Positions 51,390 through 60,671 of a stretch of 64,000 nucleotides of DNA are shown in pieces. Positions within the stretch are counted from its first letter, which is position 1. Every line of letters starts with the position of its first letter. The DNA is from Patescibacteria group bacterium. Lineage in GTDB: Bacteria; Patescibacteriota; Minisyncoccia; Phycocordibacterales; Phycocordibacteraceae. The notes under the pieces are model-generated. The model was not told where the DNA came from. It searched no databases and worked only from the letters and a program-made list of their open reading frames with translations. Position numbers and translations under genes: made by a program. The stretch covers positions 1,811 to 65,810 of the forward strand of contig JAGWWK010000004.1 in assembly GCA_018970425.1 (NCBI GenBank). The letters run 5' to 3'.

Positions 51390-53127
51390 ATTTTTTCGAG
51401 AGAGTTGCGAGCGATAGGTAGATAAATGCGTATTTACCCGGCCAAGTTGTTGCATTAGCGACTGATTCGATGACCTTTTGCCAGTTAATTAACCCACCTT
51501 GTGGCGCACCTTCAAGAATGGAAATGAAACTTTCTTTGTATGTTGCGTCGTACCATGGTCGCACCGGTGCTCTCCATCCAGTTTTTGCGGCGCGGTTGAC
51601 TATATAGTCTGGCAGGACACCAGCGTACATGCTCCGCAAAAAGCGCTTGTTTCCCCCTCCAGATATGTAATCTGCCGTAGAAAGATGTGAGTCAAGGAAT
51701 CGGCGGAGCGGCATGTAACTGAACGGAGCACGTACTTCGATAGATTGAGACATGTACAGTTTATCCGTTTGGAGAAAGTTCTCGGCAGGGAGCCATACTC
51801 GCCGGTCGATCTGCATCATGTCTCGTATAGGATCATCAAATACGACACCTCTGACTATCGATCGCATCGTATCGAGCACTATGTCTTTTCGTACATCGGC
51901 AGCGGCAAATGCAAACCATTTAAATGCAAGCCATCGCTCTACCGGGTCATTGTATCGCCAGTCTGCACCGGTGCGGAATCGTTTGTAGCGATTGAAAACA
52001 AAAGGGGATATGCGGTCGATCAGTCGCGAGTAACGCAGACTCTCAGCGTAATAGGGGTACCCCCCAAAAACTTCATCGCCGCCGTTTCCTGTAAAAAGTA
52101 CCCGATTTTTGTCTCCATGAATACCTTCTCGCTCCGCTGTTATAAGGTAGGCGGGGAGAGATATATTGTAGTTCGGTTCTTCTAAAATCTCGTACGCTTT
52201 GATGAGGTGCTGTAAATATGTAGACTTTGTAATGTTGATCTCGGTGTGTGTTGTACCATAGTGCTCTGCAAGCTTACGAGCTAAGATAGCATCATCGTTG
52301 AACGACTCCGCTGCATTCTCGAATGACGTTGTATACGTTTTGGGGGTCGCTCCAGCAGCGCACATTTCATGAAGGAGTATTGAAGAATCTAGCCCGCCTG
52401 AAAGGTTGAGTGCAATCTGTTCCTTACTTTGTAAATGTGCCCGGATGGTCTCAGTAAGCGCATCTTGAGCCGATGTAAATGTATCTCTTGAGTCACTTAC
52501 GAAGGTGTGTTCAGAAAGGGCACCATCTGCGGTTACCTTGACGTACGTTCCAGGTGCGACTTTTCGGATCTGTTGCGAAAGCGTATGTGTCCCAGGAATA
52601 TACCCTAGTGCGAGGGCTAGAGTGAGGCCTGTTAGGTCTGCGGTATCGCCTTGCTCGGTGAGTGCCTTCACTTCAGATGCAAAGGCAAAATTCGAGCCAT
52701 TACTTCTATAATAGAGCGGCTTCTGCCCAGTTTCGTCCCTGTATAGTCGTACTTCGCGCTCCTGCGAGTTGTACAGCGCAATGGCAAACATGCCTTGTAG
52801 TGCGGTTACGAAGTCCCATCCAGTACGCTCGATAAGGTCAAACAGCATGGTGGTATCGAGCTCGTTTTTTGTGATTCCGTACCTCGAGGCTATTGAATCG
52901 GTGTTGTAGATTTGGCCATTGAACGCGAGAATCCAAGGAGACCCTACACGCATAACTGGTTGTACCGACGCTGCTGGGGTTCCTCGTATCGAGAGTAGAC
53001 GATGTCCGAGATAAAAAGGTGGCAGGGCAATGCAGGTGCCGAAGTCTGGGCCGCGATGCTGGAGTGCATCGGTCATGTGTGCGATTCTGCTAGGATCGGC
53101 GCCGATGTATCCTGCGATTCCGCACAT
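51373..53127 (-). CDS. Asparagine synthetase B-type glutamine amidotransferase (second paralog)
   Basis: The sequence 'MCGIAGYIG...HRGPD' is the N-terminal GATase nucleophile. 'LSGGLDSS' is the PP-loop. The start is placed at the MCGIAG Met. Confidence 0.8.
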   Translation of the reverse strand: MCGIAGYIGADPSRIAHMTDALQHRGPDFGTCIALPPFYLGHRLLSIRGTPAASVQPVMRVGSPWILAFNGQIYNTDSIASRYGITKNELDTTMLFDLIERTGWDFVTALQGMFAIALYNSQEREVRLYRDETGQKPLYYRSNGSNFAFASEVKALTEQGDTADLTGLTLALALGYIPGTHTLSQQIRKVAPGTYVKVTADGALSEHTFVSDSRDTFTSAQDALTETIRAHLQSKEQIALNLSGGLDSSILLHEMCAAGATPKTYTTSFENAAESFNDDAILARKLAEHYGTTHTEINITKSTYLQHLIKAYEILEEPNYNISLPAYLITAEREGIHGDKNRVLFTGNGGDEVFGGYPYYAESLRYSRLIDRISPFVFNRYKRFRTGADWRYNDPVERWLAFKWFAFAAADVRKDIVLDTMRSIVRGVVFDDPIRDMMQIDRRVWLPAENFLQTDKLYMSQSIEVRAPFSYMPLRRFLDSHLSTADYISGGGNKRFLRSMYAGVLPDYIVNRAAKTGWRAPVRPWYDATYKESFISILEGAPQGGLINWQKVIESVANATTWPGKYAFIYLSLATLSKKYGLVL

Positions 53128-53163
53128 GGTGGTTCGGTGCATTATACCGTAGACTTACGTCAT

Positions 53164-54636
53164 ATGCCTGTTTCGGCTCACGCATCAGATCTTGACTACC
53201 GACTCTGGCTCCTTGAGCAGATTCGTCAGTGTCGCGTTGATTCGACACTACTTCTCGATATAACTGAACATGGGTACAATGTGTGGCAGAGGTACGAGCA
53301 ATATATTTTTTCTACAGATATCGCACGATTCAGCGCACTCGGCTCATTCGACCAGTATCGCGCCACTGAAGGTGGTACGCACAGGTTCGTTTCTCTCAAG
53401 GGTGTCATTGTCGGAGCGGTGGGGGTCCTAGTAACATGCGCAGCCACGTTGATCTACGCTGTCAGAGGTGCATCGGTCGTGGTGTATGGCATTGATCGCG
53501 TAAGTGATCCTCTCTATGCCGCTGATTTTCGGATGAAGTCTGTGCACAGATTTGTAGCGGAACATCGTATTGCATCATTAGAAATCTTACACACCGTGTT
53601 TAATCGAAAATTTCTTTCAAACTTGTGGGCGAGACGTCGTCCCGCGGTATACCTTGAATCGTTCGACGTACTGCATTCGATCGGCAGATTTTTAGGTACC
53701 ATTCCTCCATTCCGGGCTACAGTAACCGCTCCCGAAGGACTTACGGTCGATGAAGATCGGTTCGCGCGCTATGTCATTAAAAAATATTTATCCCAGCACA
53801 ACGCGTCCCATATACGGGTTTCAGCGCTGACGATTATCTTGCGTGCCGTACGTGCGCGCGCAGTGCTTGCAATTGATGATGCACGCACATTTCATGATCT
53901 CGCGATGGCCGCACGACGTGCTGGCATTCCCATGATCGCGTTTCAGCACGGACACTTTACTAAGTATCATGTCGGATGGTTACAGCCGGTCGCGTATCAA
54001 GGTGACATCCCGCGCCCTAATACTCTTGTGGTCTGGAGTGAGTACTGGAAGCAAGAACTACTACGTTTAAAAAGTATTTTCTCTGCAGATCAAATACAGG
54101 TAGGAACACCACAGACGAAGCAGTACCTATATCCAGAGACTAAGAATTTACGCATGGTGCTCATTCCTCATGAGACTGATAGCCCAAAGGCAGATATAGC
54201 AAGGGCAATACGTGCACTTGTGGAAGATGGATTTCAGGTTGTACTAAAACTTCGACCGGATACGGCGCGCAGCTCACAGCTCGCACAGTATCCGGATTTG
54301 CCTCACTCCCCAGCCTTCACGGTAATTTCAGCGCTCGAAGAACTGAACGACACACCGGGGTGCGCGGTAGGCGTCTATTCTTCGTTTCTGTATGAAATGG
54401 TGTCTGCAGGGATACCAGTTGGTATACTCTCTGATTTATCACCCTATGGAGTTGGTATGATTGAGAACGGCCTCGCGAATAGGGTGACCCTTGAAACCCT
54501 CGTACCCGATGTTCAATCATTGATACAAACTTTAAAGACCGAGCTCGATCGGCGACGTGAGTCCTTGACGAAAGGCCATGTGCCGATTGAGAATGTACTC
54601 ACTGACATCATGCACATGACTCACGTAAATGGGTAA
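53164..54636 (+). CDS. Hypothetical protein (about 490 aa; possible GT-B-like glycosyl- or glycerophospho-transferase, speculative)
   Basis: A long ORF divergent from asnB. Conserved-looking His-rich stretches 'AFQHGHFTKYHVGW' and Rossmann-like alternation are seen in the C-terminal half. No confident family. Confidence 0.45.
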   Translation: MPVSAHASDLDYRLWLLEQIRQCRVDSTLLLDITEHGYNVWQRYEQYIFSTDIARFSALGSFDQYRATEGGTHRFVSLKGVIVGAVGVLVTCAATLIYAVRGASVVVYGIDRVSDPLYAADFRMKSVHRFVAEHRIASLEILHTVFNRKFLSNLWARRRPAVYLESFDVLHSIGRFLGTIPPFRATVTAPEGLTVDEDRFARYVIKKYLSQHNASHIRVSALTIILRAVRARAVLAIDDARTFHDLAMAARRAGIPMIAFQHGHFTKYHVGWLQPVAYQGDIPRPNTLVVWSEYWKQELLRLKSIFSADQIQVGTPQTKQYLYPETKNLRMVLIPHETDSPKADIARAIRALVEDGFQVVLKLRPDTARSSQLAQYPDLPHSPAFTVISALEELNDTPGCAVGVYSSFLYEMVSAGIPVGILSDLSPYGVGMIENGLANRVTLETLVPDVQSLIQTLKTELDRRRESLTKGHVPIENVLTDIMHMTHVNG

Positions 54637-54638
54637 AC

Positions 54639-55376
54639 ATGTTTAGATCTTTAAAGCTCGGGCAATATCGCCTACGGCAGTGGATTCGAGGTATTTATGC
54701 ATATCCCACAAAAACACTTTCGACTGAGCCGCTTGCCTATGATGACTACTGGGATACAAAACGCCCACGCAGCGCACAGATCGTACTTTCTCCGATGGAG
54801 CGCGCTAGAGCAGAACTCATTGCTCGTAGCATGCCAGATGGGGTGCGAAGCATTGGAGATATTGGGTCAGGGCCCGGAACTGTTCTACACGAGATACTCC
54901 GCTTGTGCCCAGGATTAGAAGGCGTAGCGTATGACTCATCCGTGCGGGCGCGGCGAGCTGCTGAAGAGCTCGGCCTACGAGCCATCCCACTCGACCTTCG
55001 CGCGGATCCGAGTCTGTCGAGTGTGATTCCTGCAGACGTATTTATTATTTTAGAAGTCCTCGAGCACATACCGGATGCAGAACAGGTCCTTGCGGCAGTA
55101 GTTGCCAAATCTACCCGCGGCGTATTTTTTTCGGTGCCGAATACGGGATTTTTCATGCACCGTTTTAGGCTTCTGTTTGGCAAGGTGCCTGCTCAATGGA
55201 TTCATATGCCAAACGAGCATCTCCGCTTTTGGACCATCGTCGACATGCGCTGGTGGCTTAACGCACAAGGGTATAAGCAATTTTCAGTAATGCCGTACGG
55301 CGGCGTGCCTCTATTAAATATGGTATGGCCCAATTTGTTTGCTGAAGGCACACTAGTAACTATCGAAAAAAATTAA
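54639..55376 (+). CDS. Class I SAM-dependent methyltransferase
   Basis: The sequence 'SIGDIGSGPGTVLHEI...GVAYDSS...DVFIILEVLEHIPD' is motif I, the acidic motif II and motif III of Rossmann-fold methyltransferases. Confidence 0.75.
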   Translation: MFRSLKLGQYRLRQWIRGIYAYPTKTLSTEPLAYDDYWDTKRPRSAQIVLSPMERARAELIARSMPDGVRSIGDIGSGPGTVLHEILRLCPGLEGVAYDSSVRARRAAEELGLRAIPLDLRADPSLSSVIPADVFIILEVLEHIPDAEQVLAAVVAKSTRGVFFSVPNTGFFMHRFRLLFGKVPAQWIHMPNEHLRFWTIVDMRWWLNAQGYKQFSVMPYGGVPLLNMVWPNLFAEGTLVTIEKN

Positions 55377-55384
55377 TTCTTTCT

Positions 55385-56122
55385 ATGAATAGAAAAAATA
55401 TTCGATCAGTAAGCAGTTTTGCTGCTTATTTAATCTTACTACAGCGTACTCAATATCAGCTCTTGAGCTTTCTGCCGAAAGGCATACGTCGAAGACTTGA
55501 CCCAGCATCTAAATGGTACAATTTTTATTTAAGGGCGGAAGCGTTCGTGTTTCACTCCAGAATACTGCGCCTTCTAAATGCAGATATGGATTCTGAAGTA
55601 TCAGAAATCAAGCGTTTTTTTCCTGAGCGCGTCGGTTCTATTCTCGGTATTGGGAGTGGGGTAGCATTGGAAATCGCGCTTCTTGCAAGAGCATTTCCAA
55701 AAGCTAGAGTGCGGCTTGTTGACAAAGAGATGGTCAGTCAGAAAATTTACTACGGCTTGCAGTCCCAGGGCAGTTACTATAACTCGTGGGCCGCGGTTCG
55801 TGAGGTGGCGGAATCGGTAGGTGTTGATAGTAGTGGTTGGCTTTTCACTGATGTAGATGTGAAAAATCCTATTATATCAGTAAGTACTAGTGAGCCTTAT
55901 GATATTGTAGTGAGTTTCCTGTCATGGGGATTTCATTACCCCATCTCTGTCTATTCGTCTATTTTTGCAGCAATTAAATTACAAGGTATTGTAGTGTTGG
56001 ATATTCAACCAAAAGAGGGCTGGGAGCAAAAGATTCGAACGGCAACCGGTCCAAATTTCGAAATAGTCAAAATTAGAGAGAGACCGAATTCAGTTCGAGT
56101 AATTTGTCGAAGATTTCAATAG
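55385..56122 (+). CDS. Hypothetical protein, possibly a divergent Rossmann-fold methyltransferase
   Basis: The sequence 'ILGIGSGVALEIALLARAFPKARVRLVDKE' resembles a motif I with an acidic residue. Weak. Confidence 0.4.
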   Translation: MNRKNIRSVSSFAAYLILLQRTQYQLLSFLPKGIRRRLDPASKWYNFYLRAEAFVFHSRILRLLNADMDSEVSEIKRFFPERVGSILGIGSGVALEIALLARAFPKARVRLVDKEMVSQKIYYGLQSQGSYYNSWAAVREVAESVGVDSSGWLFTDVDVKNPIISVSTSEPYDIVVSFLSWGFHYPISVYSSIFAAIKLQGIVVLDIQPKEGWEQKIRTATGPNFEIVKIRERPNSVRVICRRFQ

Positions 56123-56123
56123 C

Positions 56124-56987
56124 ATGACGAGAGGAGAGTGCACGCAGCAACTATCTACCGCGTTAGTTCTTGTGTGTAATGAAGCGTACGCTAATCATGC
56201 TTATATTCTAGTTAGATCTGCTAAAAAAAACGAACCAACGTTATACCCGATTGTATTTGGAATAAATCTATCACAGTCTGCGAAGTGCAGGCTTATAAAT
56301 TGTGGGGCCGAACTGCGTTCTGAGTTTCATGTATTCGAGTCTAAAGAGATAGAGCGAAGCTTTGCGGCTAATCGGCGAATGGAAGCACTCAGAGAGGTGC
56401 TTGCTGAAGGGTATGAGCGAGTGTTGTATTGCGATGCGGACTCGATTATTCGTAGGCCTTTGAAAATCGTCTGGGAGCTCCTTGATGAGTGTGACCTTGC
56501 ACTTTGTCATTTCTACCGCATCAAACCAATCTCGCGGGCCGATTTCCAGCGGATGAAATATCTTTCTGGAGTTATCGCACTTAGAAATAATCCGAAGGTA
56601 AATCATGTTGTTTCAAGATGGAGCCAGGATGCACAGGCTCATATGAATGAATGGTTCGCAGATCAGATTTATTTGATCAAGGCACTAGACGATGCGCGGG
56701 GTCTGCGGATTGGATCGCTACCATTAAGTTGCATAGATTGGACGTACGCTTTCGGGAGTCCTCTATGGGTCGCAAAGGGTGCGCGTGGTAAGTTAAGTTT
56801 AATTTTTAGATTAGAAGTGCTGAAATATAAAATAGAAGCCCCTCCTTTTTTAATTGGAGTCACTATAACTATGCTTCAGGGTATATGTAGACTAGGCGAG
56901 TTCCTCTGGCGTCCAATTACCCGACCGCGCACCTGGCTTCATTCGCTTACCCGTATTCGTATCAAAAAAATAGAAGGTCACCAGTAA
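56124..56987 (+). CDS. Hypothetical protein, possibly a GT-A-like nucleotide-sugar transferase (D-x-D motif)
   Basis: The sequence 'RVLYCDADSIIRRPL' resembles a DxD motif context. The 3' end overlaps the convergent flippase ORF by about 96 nt, so one of the two ends is uncertain. Confidence 0.4.
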   Translation: MTRGECTQQLSTALVLVCNEAYANHAYILVRSAKKNEPTLYPIVFGINLSQSAKCRLINCGAELRSEFHVFESKEIERSFAANRRMEALREVLAEGYERVLYCDADSIIRRPLKIVWELLDECDLALCHFYRIKPISRADFQRMKYLSGVIALRNNPKVNHVVSRWSQDAQAHMNEWFADQIYLIKALDDARGLRIGSLPLSCIDWTYAFGSPLWVAKGARGKLSLIFRLEVLKYKIEAPPFLIGVTITMLQGICRLGEFLWRPITRPRTWLHSLTRIRIKKIEGHQ

Positions 56988-58223
56988 CAAAATTAGACCG
57001 AAGGCATAGTACCCGAGTGTAGCCCAAACAACGCCCCAGATTCCAAAGGGGGTAATCAGGACAGCGAGAAGAATTAAGCGGAGTAGCGAGGTCGAAAGCG
57101 AATTGATATACAAAAGTTTTTTCTTCGCATGGCTCACCAATGCCTGACTGTACAGTGCTCCTGCAAAGACAAGAGGGACGGTTAAGGCGTAAGCCTGAGA
57201 GTAGGGGATAGCCGCAAGGTATTGCGGAAAAAACAATGAGAAGAGATACGGTGCAAGAGCGATGTAGATGCCTGCTAATGTTAAACCTACAGCAAACAAA
57301 ATTAACGATTTGCGCGCAATGGTCCGTCTTATTTGATCATAGTCTTGCTGCGTCATTTTGGAAAACGCCAAGGAATTCACTATTCCGGCAGTGCTTCGCA
57401 TCTGGTCAGGAGCTACTTCAGAAAATGCGTATAGAGCTAGAGCAGTTCCCCCTAACTGAGAAAATACTAGTATTCGATCAAGTTGTGCGACAGCAGTTGC
57501 AAAGATGCCGATACCAGAAAGATGTTTTCCATATGAAAGCATTTCATGATGTAGATGTTTTGTTGTTTTTGAGTATTGACTGATTATTCTGTGATAGCAA
57601 AAATATGTCGCAATAAATGTCGTACTAAAGTAGGCCGTACTCAATAGAAGAGGATTATTTGTTATTGAAACTACTCCAACGAGAATACCAATAGGCACTA
57701 TAGATCGTAACAAGTTGTATAGGGTCTTCGTTTTGAACTCCTGTAGACCGCTGAGAAAGTTATCATAAAGGGACGCCGCTGCTATCAATGGAGAAATCGC
57801 ACCTCCAAAGAAGATAGCGAAACCGATTATGAGATTGTCGTTCCAAAGATAATATGTACCGATGCATCCAGCAGCAACTATGCTGCCAATGCTCCACCGC
57901 AAGGATGCAGAGAATCCGTGCGGAAGTGCATCCAACACACCTTGAGCCGCAGCGCGGTTTACTGCCTTACCTAGACCGATCAGAGAAAGCGTACCTGTTA
58001 GTCCTATGATTGACAAAATATATTTGTAGACTCCGTACTTCTCGGGCTCCATTAGGTTTGCGAAAACATATGCCATCAGGAATCCAAAAAGAACTGTCCC
58101 GACCTGGCCGATAATCAGCCAGAATCCTCCTCGGGCGAGGTACTTTATATCCGTCCGCAGAACACGCTCCGCGACCAGGAGTGCATGTAGGAATTTCTTT
58201 CTCATATTACTTCGGATGTCCAT
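56892..58223 (-). CDS. Polysaccharide biosynthesis protein / oligosaccharide flippase (Wzx, MOP superfamily)
   Basis: A polytopic membrane protein of about 440 aa with 12-14 predicted helices. This is the typical Wzx architecture ('GFWLIIGQVGTVLFGFLMAYVFANLMEPEKYGVYKY'). Confidence 0.7.
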   Translation of the reverse strand: MDIRSNMRKKFLHALLVAERVLRTDIKYLARGGFWLIIGQVGTVLFGFLMAYVFANLMEPEKYGVYKYILSIIGLTGTLSLIGLGKAVNRAAAQGVLDALPHGFSASLRWSIGSIVAAGCIGTYYLWNDNLIIGFAIFFGGAISPLIAAASLYDNFLSGLQEFKTKTLYNLLRSIVPIGILVGVVSITNNPLLLSTAYFSTTFIATYFCYHRIISQYSKTTKHLHHEMLSYGKHLSGIGIFATAVAQLDRILVFSQLGGTALALYAFSEVAPDQMRSTAGIVNSLAFSKMTQQDYDQIRRTIARKSLILFAVGLTLAGIYIALAPYLFSLFFPQYLAAIPYSQAYALTVPLVFAGALYSQALVSHAKKKLLYINSLSTSLLRLILLAVLITPFGIWGVVWATLGYYAFGLILLLVTFYFFDTNTGKRMKPGARSGNWTPEELA

Positions 58224-58408
58224 TCATAGTACCTTGCTATAAAGCAGATTAGTAGCTAGTCGAAAAAACTCTACTCTTACTTTGACCTTGGTTAACCTGC
58301 TTTCTTAAATATAAATGTCTATATAGTAGTGTAAAAAATTTGACATGCGTATAGATTTCGTTTCTAAGGAAAATTTCACAGGGTTCGCGTTAGAGGCAAA
58401 AGCTCCGT

Positions 58409-58438
58409 TGAGTTCGTAGAAAACTGCGTGCTATAGTA
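58409..58438 (+). promoter_or_regulatory. Candidate promoter (TTGAGT-18-TATAGT) placing the transcription start at or next to the ATG of the downstream gene (leaderless)
   Basis: The sequence 'gTTGAGTtcgtagaaaactgcgtgcTATAGTagaaaaaATG' has its -10 element ending 7 nt before the start codon. Confidence 0.4.
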
Positions 58439-58444
58439 GAAAAA

Positions 58445-60595
58445 ATGGAGCTCGTACGGTACGTGCGTATTGGTGTGCTTGCGGCAGTATTTGCAATACC
58501 TGCCGTTGTGCTTATTGTTGCGAATACGCTCTATTTTCCGTTTATTACGGGTAAGGGGTTTGCATTTCGCCTTCTTGTAGAGCTTGCGTTTGCTGGATGG
58601 GTAGTGCTTGCACTTGCCGACCGTGCGTACCGCCCGACTAAGTCTGTCGCGCTTTGGCTCGGACTCGCATTTGTAGTGTCGATTGGGCTTTCGACTATCC
58701 TTGCGGAAAATCCGACCAAGGCGTTCTGGTCCAATTTCGAGCGCATGGAAGGGTATGTCCTTATCTTGCACCTCGCCATGTATGTAGTTGTACTGACGTC
58801 AATGCTTCGAACGGAGCGCCTGTGGCGCAACCTGATATACACCACTCTTGGCGTAGCGGCGATCGTAGGCATGTATAGCGTATTTCAGCTGAGTGGCGCG
58901 TTCGTCATCAACCAAGGAGGATTGCGTATTGATGCCACACTCGGGAATGCGACCTACTTCGCGGTCTACATGCTTGTGCATGTATTTCTTGCACTCTATG
59001 CGCTCGTGCGCTGGGCACGGGGGCGTGTGGTATCAGTGGTGCTTGGTATTTTAGCACTCTTCTTTTCTGTTCTCGTAATGTACTCGGCTACGCGCGGCGC
59101 TATTCTTGGGCTCCTGGGTGGCTTGGCGCTCGCGGGGCTGATTGTTGCGTTTTCTAAAGGCGTATCTCCGCTTGTCAGGCGCGCAGGGTACGCCGCTCTC
59201 GCTCTTGTTATCGTACTTTCTCTAGGCTTTGTTGCGGTTAAAGATACGCAGTATGTCGCAGAGCACCCAATCTTCTCGCGCATTGCAAGCATATCGCTCG
59301 CAGCGGGGGAGACTCGATTTACGATCTGGAGTATGGCGCTCGAAGGGGTGGCGGAGCGGCCCATGTTTGGATGGGGACAGGAAGGATTTAACTATGTATT
59401 TAACGAGTTCTATCGGCCCGAGCTCGTGACGCAAGAGCCGTGGTTTGATCGCGCACACAATGTTGTCTTAGATTGGCTGGTTGCAGGAGGGTTCCTGGGT
59501 ATGCTCCTGTACCTATCTTTGTACGCAGTCCTTATCTATTACCTTTGGCGGGGAACTACGTTTGACGCGAAAGATCGCGCCATCCTTACGGGCCTTATTG
59601 CAGCATATGGGTTTCATAACCTCTTCGTCTTCGACAACCTCATGAGCTACGTTCTGTTTCTCATGGTGTTTTCCTACATTACGGTGCGAGCGAACCCGAG
59701 CGAGCCCCAGGTTTCAGGCGGGGAGATACTCTCTCCACAAGTAGGATTGCCAGTGGTTGCGGTATTTCTCATATTTGCCGCTTACTTTTTAAATGCGCCG
59801 GGCTACGCCTCAGCATCTGGAATCATTCAGGGACTCTCGCCGCAACCACTCGGTGTGCAAAAAAATCTTCAATACTTCCGTGAAGCGTCTGAGCGGTCTG
59901 GGCTAGGGTACCAAGAAGTGGGCGAACAGTTTTTGCAATTTGCGATTCAAGCGCGCGCGATGCAGGTCGGAGATGAGCGTTTCCGCAGCGATGCAACGGT
60001 AACTGCGCAACGAGCGTTCGAAAGTATTCTCGTGCAAGCGCCGAATGATGCGCGGCTATTAGTCTTTTACGCGACATTCCTCCGGCAGGTCGGAGATCTT
60101 GATGGTGCGACACGCGTTATAGAGCAAGCACTCCAGGAATCGCCCAAGAAGCAGAGTATTCTAGTAGAGGCAGGAACCATTGACCTCGTAGCAGGTCGCT
60201 TCACTTCTGCTGTGGAGCGTCTTGGGTCTGTTTACGCATCTGCGGGCAGGTACGGAAATGCGCACCTTCTCTTAGCTGCGGCGCACATTCGAGCAGGGTC
60301 GCCAGCCGCCGCAAAGGAAATACTTATAAAAGAATACGGCTCCGCCGAACCGCCAGAGACCGCTGTCGCTACAATGTATCTTGATGCGGGGCAGTACGAC
60401 GCCGCTGTTAGGATAGCGGAGCTTGCTGCACAATCAAACTCGCTTCAAGCGCTTCAATTTTTGGCCGGTGTGTACTACCGTGGGAACCAATTTGATAAAG
60501 CAATCACGGCTCTGTCGAGAGCAAAGCAGGTTGCTCCCGAGTATGCTGCACAGGCAGATGAACTCATTCGGATGCTTTCGGCAGAGCGAAGGTAG
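58445..60595 (+). CDS. O-antigen ligase/polymerase (Wzy-like) membrane protein fused to C-terminal TPR repeats
   Basis: The N-terminal two-thirds is polytopic and carries the Wzy_C-like segment 'RFTIWSMALEGVAERPMFGWGQEGFNYVFNEFY...FDRAHNVVLDWLVAGGFLGM'. The C-terminal ~230 aa carry TPR-like repeats ('GNAHLLLAAAHIRAGSPAAAKEIL', 'LAGVYYRGNQFDKAITALSRA'). Confidence 0.7.
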   Translation: MELVRYVRIGVLAAVFAIPAVVLIVANTLYFPFITGKGFAFRLLVELAFAGWVVLALADRAYRPTKSVALWLGLAFVVSIGLSTILAENPTKAFWSNFERMEGYVLILHLAMYVVVLTSMLRTERLWRNLIYTTLGVAAIVGMYSVFQLSGAFVINQGGLRIDATLGNATYFAVYMLVHVFLALYALVRWARGRVVSVVLGILALFFSVLVMYSATRGAILGLLGGLALAGLIVAFSKGVSPLVRRAGYAALALVIVLSLGFVAVKDTQYVAEHPIFSRIASISLAAGETRFTIWSMALEGVAERPMFGWGQEGFNYVFNEFYRPELVTQEPWFDRAHNVVLDWLVAGGFLGMLLYLSLYAVLIYYLWRGTTFDAKDRAILTGLIAAYGFHNLFVFDNLMSYVLFLMVFSYITVRANPSEPQVSGGEILSPQVGLPVVAVFLIFAAYFLNAPGYASASGIIQGLSPQPLGVQKNLQYFREASERSGLGYQEVGEQFLQFAIQARAMQVGDERFRSDATVTAQRAFESILVQAPNDARLLVFYATFLRQVGDLDGATRVIEQALQESPKKQSILVEAGTIDLVAGRFTSAVERLGSVYASAGRYGNAHLLLAAAHIRAGSPAAAKEILIKEYGSAEPPETAVATMYLDAGQYDAAVRIAELAAQSNSLQALQFLAGVYYRGNQFDKAITALSRAKQVAPEYAAQADELIRMLSAERR

Positions 60596-60671
60596 GTTGC
60601 CAACACTGCGCGCGCCTGCTATACTTTGGAAAGTGAGTGCCTGACAAAATCGGGCTCGAACGAAAATCTGC

